From: Dehalococcoidia bacterium
GTDB lineage: Bacteria > Chloroflexota > Dehalococcoidia > Lucifugimonadales > JADFKI01
Assembly: GCA_965204445.1 (NCBI GenBank)
Contig: OZ241992.1
Span: forward strand, 988,095 to 1,052,094
DNA: 64,000 nucleotides
Reading direction: 5' to 3'
Part shown: positions 57,418 to 64,000 of the stretch, piece by piece
How the letters are laid out: each line of letters starts with the position of its first letter
Numbering within the stretch: position 1 is the first letter of the stretch
The notes under the pieces: model-generated
Databases searched by the model: none
What the model was told of the DNA's origin: nothing
Seen by the model: the letters and a program-made list of their open reading frames with translations, nothing else
Made by a program: the position numbers and the translations under genes

Positions 57418-58908
57418 TCAAGCCGGCGGCGGCGCGCTTTGGGCGGGCGTGATGCGGTTGTAGCGGTCTTCGAAGCGCTTGATGTCATCCTCTTCTAGGT
57501 AGCTTCCGGTCTGCACCTCGATGACCTCCAGCGTAACGGAGCCGGGGTTTTCCAAGCGGTGTTTGACGCCCATAGGCACATACGCCGACTGATTTTCGGT
57601 AAGCAGAAGCTGCTCGCCGCCGATGGTAACCTGCGCCGTGCCGTTCACCACAACCCAATGTTCGGCGCGGTGGTGGTGCATCTGCAGGGACAGCGCCTCG
57701 CCGGGCGTTATTGTTAGCCGCTTGACGCGAAAGCGTTCCCCAAGGTCGATTGTCTCATATGTCCCCCACGGGCGGTTCACGCGGCGATGATTGGCGTGTT
57801 CGTCGCGATTGTCCGCCTTGAGGCGCTCCACAAGGTCTTTGACATCCTGCACGCGCTCTTTGTGCGCCGCAAGCACGGCGTCCGCCGTCTCTATGAGTAT
57901 CACATCCTTCAAGCCCACCGCCGCCACAAGGCGCTGCTGACTGATGACCACTGAGTCGGACATTGATTTGGCATACACATCGCCGCGCAGCAGATTGCCG
58001 CCGCAGTCGCGCTCACTCACATCCCACAGCGACGACCATGCGCCTAGGTCCGTCCAACCGACGTTCATCGGCAGCACAAGGCAGCGCGCCGCGCCGTTCT
58101 GCGACGCTTTATCGCCGATATGCTCCATAACGGCGTAGTCTATGGATTCGCTGGGGCATTGGGCGAAGCTTTCGGCGTCGGGGCGCTGGAAATCGCCGTC
58201 GCGTTCCAAGCCGTTATGCGCCGCGGCGCACTGCGCGGCGATTTCGGGGCGCAGACGGCTGATTTCGGTTAGCCATACGGAAGCGCGCATCATAAATATG
58301 CCGCTGTTCCACAGATACTTTTGGGATGCAAGCATTTTCTCAGCGCGGGCGCGCTCCGGCTTTTCTACGAACTCGGCGATGCGAAACGCTTGCGCGCAGT
58401 CGTCGGACGCTATCGGAGCGCCCTTGCGGATGTAGCCGTATCCCGGCTGCGGCGAATGGGGCGCAATGCCGAATGTAACGATGCCGCCTTGCGCCGCAAG
58501 CTCAGCGCCTCGCATCGCGGCATCGCGAAAGCCCGCCGCATCTTGTATCACATGATCGGCGGGCATAACCAGCATAACGGGGTCGTTGTTCGATTGGGCG
58601 GCATCCGCCAGCATCAGCGCGGCGAGCGTGAGCGCGGGCGCTGTGTTTCGTCCCGCCGGCTCAAGCGCGATTGCAAGCGGCTCGCGCCTCATCTGCCGCA
58701 GATGCTCCGCCACCAGAAAGCGATGCTCTTCGTTGCATACCACAAGCGGCGGCGCAACGCCGTCTATGCTGTCGAGACGGCGTATCGTGTCTTGGAACAG
58801 CGATCGCTCGCCCATCAACGGCAGGAACTGCTTGGGATAAAGTTCGCGCGAAAGCGGCCAAAGGCGTGTGCCTGAGCCGCCGGCGAGTATTACCGGCTGA
58901 ACCGTCAT
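57418..58908 (-). CDS. manC: Mannose-1-phosphate guanylyltransferase / mannose-6-phosphate isomerase (bifunctional, type II PMI)
   Basis: VILAGGSGTRLWPLSRELYPKQF, and the C-terminal cupin RPWGTYETIDLGERFRVKRLTITPGEALSLQMHHHRAEHWVVV. Confidence 0.9.
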   Translation of the reverse strand: MTVQPVILAGGSGTRLWPLSRELYPKQFLPLMGERSLFQDTIRRLDSIDGVAPPLVVCNEEHRFLVAEHLRQMRREPLAIALEPAGRNTAPALTLAALMLADAAQSNNDPVMLVMPADHVIQDAAGFRDAAMRGAELAAQGGIVTFGIAPHSPQPGYGYIRKGAPIASDDCAQAFRIAEFVEKPERARAEKMLASQKYLWNSGIFMMRASVWLTEISRLRPEIAAQCAAAHNGLERDGDFQRPDAESFAQCPSESIDYAVMEHIGDKASQNGAARCLVLPMNVGWTDLGAWSSLWDVSERDCGGNLLRGDVYAKSMSDSVVISQQRLVAAVGLKDVILIETADAVLAAHKERVQDVKDLVERLKADNRDEHANHRRVNRPWGTYETIDLGERFRVKRLTITPGEALSLQMHHHRAEHWVVVNGTAQVTIGGEQLLLTENQSAYVPMGVKHRLENPGSVTLEVIEVQTGSYLEEDDIKRFEDRYNRITPAQSAPPPA

Positions 58909-59265
58909 CGGTTGCCTCCTTGATTTCCTGCAATAAACAATAGGGGGGGCAATGCAATCAGGGGAATATAACAGGGTAAGATATGCTCGGGGGATATATC
59001 AAGATAGTTCAACGGGATATTTCAGAGATTGCGCGCGCTTGCCGCTCGAATGCGCTTTGGATGCTTGGATATACGGCATTTTACTGCAAGATGCGCAAAA
59101 TGCTGAATATGAGCGCCGCTGTGAGTGTGTTTAGCGCGCTTGGCGTATGCGGACATCTACGCCCTTGCGCCGCATTTCGTAGGAAATAGACGCCCGCTTG
59201 CCCGCCCTACCGCGTTATCCCAACCACACTATCACAGCGAATAATGAATACTATTATACTGGCGC

Positions 59266-59294
59266 TTGACAATTGTCTCAGTCTGCCGTAAATT
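59266..59294 (+). promoter_or_regulatory. Sigma70-like promoter of the Fur-family regulator operon (TTGACA-17 nt-TAAATT)
   Basis: ttgaca 59266-59271 and taaatt 59289-59294. Confidence 0.5.
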
Positions 59295-59306
59295 ACACGC
59301 AAGCGT

Positions 59307-59323
59307 ATTAGAATCATTCTAAT
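59307..59323. promoter_or_regulatory. Perfect 8-1-8 palindrome ATTAGAAT-C-ATTCTAAT, Fur/Zur/PerR-box-like operator
   Basis: Read directly. It lies 13 nt downstream of the putative -10 and about 70 nt upstream of the Fur-family gene, and has the 7-1-7 architecture typical of Fur-family boxes. Confidence 0.6.
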
Positions 59324-59394
59324 TCGTTAAGAATTTCACATTGTAAGGCGTCAAAATATGGCGTCAAGATAGATAGTCAAACGCAGAGCGGCAT

Positions 59395-59934
59395 ATGTTG
59401 GAAACGCGGGATAACTCTGATAACATCCGGGATGGCGCGCCGATGGACGAAGCGCGGTTTCGGATGCGCCTGTCAGAGATGAAGGCGGCGTTGCGCGATA
59501 AGGGCGTGGCCATTACCCGCAAGCGCGCCAAGATCCTGGAAGCGCTGCTTGCCAGCGACCGCCATCCCACGGCGAGCGAAATCCACGAAAGCGTTAAGGC
59601 GTTCTATCCCGGAACCAGCCTAGCCACAATCTACAACACTATCGACATCCTAAAAGAGACGGGGCAGGCGCTGGAGATCGAGTTCAGCGCATCCGCCAAC
59701 CGCTACGACGGAAGGATCCCGGTCTCGCATCCGCATCTGGTCTGCCTAGCGTGCGAAAAGGTGGAAGATATGGACGCCGCCGCGCCGAATGCGCCTTTGG
59801 AGCTGGATCGCGTATCGCAAGCCACCGGCTACGACATCGTGCGCCTGCGAACCGACTACTACGGCACATGCCCCGACTGCCTCCGCGAACCCCGCGCGGA
59901 CGCGGCGAATGCGGCGGAAAGGGGGTTTGCGTAG
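59395..59934 (+). CDS. Fur family metalloregulator (Fur/Zur/PerR type not resolved)
   Basis: ITRKRAKILEALLASDRHPTASEIHESV...LATIYNTIDILKETG (wHTH), HPHLVCLACEKVEDM and YGTCPDC (two CxxC pairs). The start could be Met17 instead (59443). Confidence 0.85.
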   Translation: MLETRDNSDNIRDGAPMDEARFRMRLSEMKAALRDKGVAITRKRAKILEALLASDRHPTASEIHESVKAFYPGTSLATIYNTIDILKETGQALEIEFSASANRYDGRIPVSHPHLVCLACEKVEDMDAAAPNAPLELDRVSQATGYDIVRLRTDYYGTCPDCLREPRADAANAAERGFA

Positions 59935-60025
59935 TTCCGAAATACGCGCATATGCGGCTAATCTGTACTCACTATACTCTCATAATGCAAGCGTTTGCTA
60001 CGCCCGTTACGAAAGGAGGAAATGT

Positions 60026-61432
60026 ATGTCCAACAGAGAAGATGTTGCGCTGCTTGCCCACCTGATGAGGCGCGCCGGCTTTGGCGCAACCCGCGACGAG
60101 CTTGAGGCTATGGCGGATCAGGGATACGAAGCCGCGGTGGAAAAGCTTCTCGACTATGAGAGCCAGCCCGCCGTGGATGAGCACCTGCTCTACCGCTACC
60201 ACCCCATCACCGAGGTTCCCGGCGGCGCCGCGGCGCCAGGTCAGGCGAACTGGCTCTACTTTATGGTCAACACCGAGCGGCCGCTCAACGAAAAGATGGC
60301 GCTCTTCTGGCACCATGTCTTCGCCACCGGCAACGCCAAGGTGGACAACTGCAACCACCTGCTGGAGCAGATCCAAATGTTCCGCGACGTGGGAATGACC
60401 AACTACCGCGATCTGCTTGTGCGGCTCGCCAGCAATCCCGCCATGATATATTGGCTGGACAACAATGAGAACCATAAGGTAGCGCCCAACGAAAACTGGG
60501 GGCGCGAACTGCTGGAGCTCTTCTCCCTAGGCGTGGGCAACTACACCGAACAAGATGTGTACGAATGCTCGCGCTCCTTTACCGGCTGGACTATATCCGC
60601 CAAGATGCCGCGCTATCCCTACGGCCGCCACCCGTGGCAGTTCGAGTACCGCGCCGAAGACCACGACGAAACGAACAAGTCCTTCCTAGGCTACACCGGC
60701 AACTTCAACGGCGAGGACATCATAGACATCATCCTCAAGCAGCCCGCCTGCCCGCGCTTCATCGCGCGCCACCTCTACAACTTCTTCGTAGAGGACGAGC
60801 CGCAAGTGCCGGCGTGGAACATCGAAGAGCCGCGCAATCCCGAAGCCATTCGGATGCTGTCCGAAACCTTCGTGGAAAACGACTACGACATCAAGCCCGT
60901 GCTGCGCGCGCTGTTCAATTCCGACTTCTTCAAGGCGGCGATGTACAAGAAGGTCAAGAACCCCACCGAAGTCGTAGTGGGGACGCTTAGGCTCACCGGC
61001 GACTTGCAGGGCCCGGATCCGCGCCTAGAAGCCGTCGCCAGAGAGCCCGGCTACATGGGGCAGGACATCCTGGATCCGCCCAGCGTGGAAGGCTGGCACA
61101 CCGGCCACGAATGGATCAATAGCGGTTCGCTGGTTAAGCGCATCAATTTCGTCGCCGACCGAATCAGCGATACCGACCTGCCCGGCGTCAAGCGCATAGT
61201 AGAGCGCATCGCGTCCGCCAACGGGCCGACTATGACGCCCGAAGAGTTGGTCGAAAACTGCCTCGATCAGATGGGGCCGCTCCCCGTGTCCGACAGCACG
61301 CGCCGCGAGCTTCTCACGCAGGCGCAGAGCGAAGGCGCGGTGAACTGGCAGAACGAATACGATGACGCCGCGCGCCGCACCGGCGAAATGCTCGCCCTCA
61401 TCGGCGCAACCCGCGAGTATCAGTTCGGGTAA
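60026..61432 (+). CDS. DUF1800 domain protein
   Basis: LLAHLMRRAGFGATRDELEAM, MALFWHHVFATG, LELFSLGVGNYTEQDV. ATG 60026 is preceded by AGGAGG. The ORF-track start at 59789 overlaps the fur-family gene and is rejected. Confidence 0.8.
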   Translation: MSNREDVALLAHLMRRAGFGATRDELEAMADQGYEAAVEKLLDYESQPAVDEHLLYRYHPITEVPGGAAAPGQANWLYFMVNTERPLNEKMALFWHHVFATGNAKVDNCNHLLEQIQMFRDVGMTNYRDLLVRLASNPAMIYWLDNNENHKVAPNENWGRELLELFSLGVGNYTEQDVYECSRSFTGWTISAKMPRYPYGRHPWQFEYRAEDHDETNKSFLGYTGNFNGEDIIDIILKQPACPRFIARHLYNFFVEDEPQVPAWNIEEPRNPEAIRMLSETFVENDYDIKPVLRALFNSDFFKAAMYKKVKNPTEVVVGTLRLTGDLQGPDPRLEAVAREPGYMGQDILDPPSVEGWHTGHEWINSGSLVKRINFVADRISDTDLPGVKRIVERIASANGPTMTPEELVENCLDQMGPLPVSDSTRRELLTQAQSEGAVNWQNEYDDAARRTGEMLALIGATREYQFG

Positions 61433-61479
61433 GCCTAGCGCCGCCCGACGCAACTTCCCAAATCACCAAGGAGGCAATA

Positions 61480-62628
61480 ATGGCAAACTCTAACAAGCCG
61501 CCGGTTCTGGTTGTGCTGCAACTCACGGGTGGCAACGACTACTTCAATTCGGTTATCCCGTACACCGACTCCAACTACTACGACAGCCGCCGCTCGCTGC
61601 AGATCCCTGAGAACCGTGCGCTGAAGCTGGACGATGAGATCGGCCTGCATCCCGCAATGGCGCCGATGAAGGACATCTACGAGCAGGGCGATATGGCGAT
61701 AATCCACGGCGTAGGCTACGAAAACTCGCCGCGCTCTCACTTCCGATCGATGGACATCTGGCACACCTGCGAGCCGGACAAGGTGGGCACCGAAGGTTGG
61801 CTTGGGCGCGCCCTCAGTCACCTGGATCCCAAGTCCGAAAACCCCGTTACCGGCGTCAATGTAGGGCAGGCGTTGCCCCGCGCGCTGGTTGCGCCGGGCG
61901 TGTCCGTGGCGTCCGTCGCCGACGTTTCCACCTACGGCTTGCTCACCAACATCGAGCAGCAGGAACAGCGCCAGCAAGTCCTGGAACGCTTCGCCAATAT
62001 GTACGCCCCCGCCGTGGGCAGCGGGCAGGTGATGGACTACCTGGGGCAGACCGGGCTTGACGCGCTCAAGGGCGCGGACATCCTGAAGGTTGCGCCGCAG
62101 AAGTACAACTCCGGCGTGGAGTACGGCGCAAGCCCCATCGCGCAGAAGCTCAAGGACATCGCGATGATACACACCGCCGACGTCGGCACGCGCGTGTTCT
62201 ACTGCGACCACGGAAGCTTCGACACCCACGCGGCGCAGGCTACAACGCACGCTCAGCTATGGACGGACGTATCCGAAGCGATAGCCGACTTCTGGGATGA
62301 CCTGCGCGAGCACGACGCCGACGACAACGTGGTGATGTTCCTGTTCTCCGAATTCGGCAGAAGGGTTCGGGACAACGGCTCCGGCACCGACCACGGCGCG
62401 GCGGGCGTGGCATTCGCCATCGGCCCCAGCGTGGACGGCGGCATGTACAGCGAGTACCCCGAAACCCGACAGGAAGCGCTGCAGCAGGGCGACCTGGTTC
62501 CCAATCAGGACTTCCGCGGCGTCTATTCCACCATCCTGGAAGACTGGATGAACCTGGAAGCGCCCAGCATCGTCAACGGGCATTTCGAGAAGCCCGCATT
62601 CGTCCGCGCAAACGGCAACGGCCACTAA
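61480..62628 (+). CDS. DUF1501 domain protein (sulfatase/phosphatase-like fold)
   Basis: PPVLVVLQLTGGNDYFNSVIPY, CDHGSFDTHA, FSEFGRRVRDNGSGTDHG. This gene usually pairs with DUF1800. Confidence 0.85.
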   Translation: MANSNKPPVLVVLQLTGGNDYFNSVIPYTDSNYYDSRRSLQIPENRALKLDDEIGLHPAMAPMKDIYEQGDMAIIHGVGYENSPRSHFRSMDIWHTCEPDKVGTEGWLGRALSHLDPKSENPVTGVNVGQALPRALVAPGVSVASVADVSTYGLLTNIEQQEQRQQVLERFANMYAPAVGSGQVMDYLGQTGLDALKGADILKVAPQKYNSGVEYGASPIAQKLKDIAMIHTADVGTRVFYCDHGSFDTHAAQATTHAQLWTDVSEAIADFWDDLREHDADDNVVMFLFSEFGRRVRDNGSGTDHGAAGVAFAIGPSVDGGMYSEYPETRQEALQQGDLVPNQDFRGVYSTILEDWMNLEAPSIVNGHFEKPAFVRANGNGH

Positions 62629-62734
62629 GCCGCAAGACGAACCCAATCAGCAAGCTCCCCGCAGCGCCCGGCGCGGCAGCGCATCCTGCGGGGAGCGGCT
62701 ACACCCAACCGAGCAAGTTCAAGAAGGTGGCACA

Positions 62735-63730
62735 ATGCTTACGACAACCGTATCAGGCCGAACTTGGAACTTCAGCCACGCCATCGGCCGCAACGCCGCC
62801 GCCGGCAATGGCTTCACTCAGCCCATGGATGTGGCGGTAGCGCCCGGCGGCGTCATCTATGTACTCAGCCGTGGACAAGAAGGCGCGGGCGGCGTGCAAG
62901 CGCCCAATAAGCGCATCGGCAAGGTTACCATCAGCGAAGACTTCATCGGCGATTTCGGCCGCGAAGAGCTCGTCTGGCCTATGGGCATCGCGGTGGATAG
63001 CGCTGGCAATATCTACTGTACCGACGAGTTCGAGAAGCAGGTCAAGATCTACGACGTCGACGGACAGCGCGTCGGCGAATGGGATGGCGGCGGCAGACTG
63101 CTGGGACCCTCCGGCATCGCCTGCGACGCCGACGACAATGTCTATGTTACCGACGCCGTGGCGAATCAGGCGCTCAAGTTCACCAAAGACGGCGAGTTCC
63201 TGTTCGCATTCGGCAGCGAAGGCAGCGGCGCCGGGCAGTTCAACCGACCCTGGGGCATCACCATCGACGACGACGGCAGCATCTACGTCGCAGACTGGGG
63301 CAACAACCGCGCTCAGAAGTTCTCACCCGACGGCAAGCATCTGCTCACATTCGGCGAAGAGACCAGCGGGCTTGCCGGCGCGCTCAACCATCCGTCCGAT
63401 GTGGCAGTGGACAGCGAAGGCGATGTCTATGTGTCCGATTGGGGCAACAAGCTCGTCAAAATCTACGAAAGCAACGGCTCTGCGCTCACTTACCTAGAAG
63501 GCGACGCCGTGGAGTTCTCCAAGTGGGCGAAAGAGGTTGTGGAGTCCAACCCCGACGTGGTGAAGGCGTATCGCCGCGTCAAGGACACCCGGCCGCTTGG
63601 TCTGTTCGAGCGCCCGGGCGGGCTCGCCGTGGATGAGAACGATATCATCATCATCACCGACAGCACCCGCGGCCGCCTGCAGATATACGCCAAGGAAAAG
63701 GACTACATGGATCCGCAGTTCAACCTGTAG
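62735..63730 (+). CDS. NHL-repeat beta-propeller protein
   Basis: Repeated blades: PMDVAVAPGGVIYVLSRG, PMGIAVDSAGNIYCTDEF, PSGIACDADDNVYVTDAV, PWGITIDDDGSIYVADWGN, PSDVAVDSEGDVYVSDWGN, PGGLAVDENDIIIITDS. Confidence 0.82.
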   Translation: MLTTTVSGRTWNFSHAIGRNAAAGNGFTQPMDVAVAPGGVIYVLSRGQEGAGGVQAPNKRIGKVTISEDFIGDFGREELVWPMGIAVDSAGNIYCTDEFEKQVKIYDVDGQRVGEWDGGGRLLGPSGIACDADDNVYVTDAVANQALKFTKDGEFLFAFGSEGSGAGQFNRPWGITIDDDGSIYVADWGNNRAQKFSPDGKHLLTFGEETSGLAGALNHPSDVAVDSEGDVYVSDWGNKLVKIYESNGSALTYLEGDAVEFSKWAKEVVESNPDVVKAYRRVKDTRPLGLFERPGGLAVDENDIIIITDSTRGRLQIYAKEKDYMDPQFNL

Positions 63731-63885
63731 ATATTAGGCAAACCCTTGGCGGCAACCACGGACGGCGGCCAAGCCGAACATACGCAACATACGGGATAGG
63801 GCAAAGGCGTTTCGCTTATGCTCTATTCCCGTTCTGCGAATAGCGTGTTATACCCCGCTCTGCATATCCCGCGCAGCCGTATCCA

Positions 63886-64000
63886 TCAAGTCAGCGCCAC
63901 AGGGTCGACGTCCACGCTCCAATCGCGCGGCGCGTCCACCTTGTCCAGCAGCGCGCGCGGCTCCGCCCCCCGCAAGACTATGTGCCACCGATAGCGCCCC
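63886..64000 (-). CDS. priA: Possible 3' end of primosomal protein N' (PriA); the gene body lies outside the window
   Basis: My own translation of the minus strand: ...GRYRWHIVLRGAEPRALLDKVDAPRDWSVDVDPVALT-stop (TGA = reverse complement of 63886-63888). It resembles the conserved PriA C-terminus (R-Y-R-x-x-hydrophobics, VDVDP). Only 38 codons are visible. Confidence 0.4.
   Translation of the reverse strand, partial: GRYRWHIVLRGAEPRALLDKVDAPRDWSVDVDPVALT

Noticed and set aside
63891-64000. A minus-strand CDS ending at TGA (reverse complement of 63891-63893, ...LWR-stop)
   Set aside because: That frame contains an in-frame TAG about 30 codons upstream. The adjacent frame ending at 63886-63888 gives a PriA-like C-terminus instead.

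Overview
GC-rich, gene-dense bacterial chromosomal segment with about 50 protein genes and one tRNA. I found no rRNA, CRISPR array, transposase or integrase. The core landmark is rpoB-rpoC on the minus strand (11747-21238), and rpoC is exceptionally long at 1776 aa. The rest is mostly housekeeping or catabolic: a truncated squalene-hopene cyclase at the left edge, MazG, an MFS transporter, two luciferase-like (LLM) oxidoreductases, two ThDP enzymes, several amidohydrolases, a GMC oxidoreductase, two NHL propellers and one SMP-30 propeller, RNase D, RmuC, HU, ManC, and a Fur-family regulator followed by DUF1800-DUF1501-NHL. This gene mix (hopanoid cyclase, F420/LLM paralogues, DUF1800/DUF1501, Thr/Pro-rich surface protein) fits a Chloroflexota-like or similar lineage, but that is only an inference. 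The items most worth follow-up are: (1) a 23-C homopolymer between a canonical promoter/RBS/ATG and the out-of-frame signal peptide of a secreted GLUG-repeat protein, a candidate phase-variation switch; (2) a rhodanese whose catalytic Cys codon is an in-frame TGA followed by a hairpin, a selenocysteine candidate; (3) a lower-GC two-gene islet encoding a PLD(HKD) nuclease with a winged-helix tail plus a small acidic protein, directly upstream of rmuC; (4) a second lower-GC two-gene cassette of unknown function (121 aa + 139 aa); (5) a solitary 943-aa fused nuclease-like/N6-adenine methyltransferase (Type IIG-like); (6) a large insertion of about 440 aa in RpoC; (7) an 1132-aa Thr/Pro-rich surface protein with nested long repeats; (8) a recurring intergenic CTTTGCGCC...CCTTTGCGTT motif. 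All calls rest on reading the translations and the DNA by eye. No database search was run.
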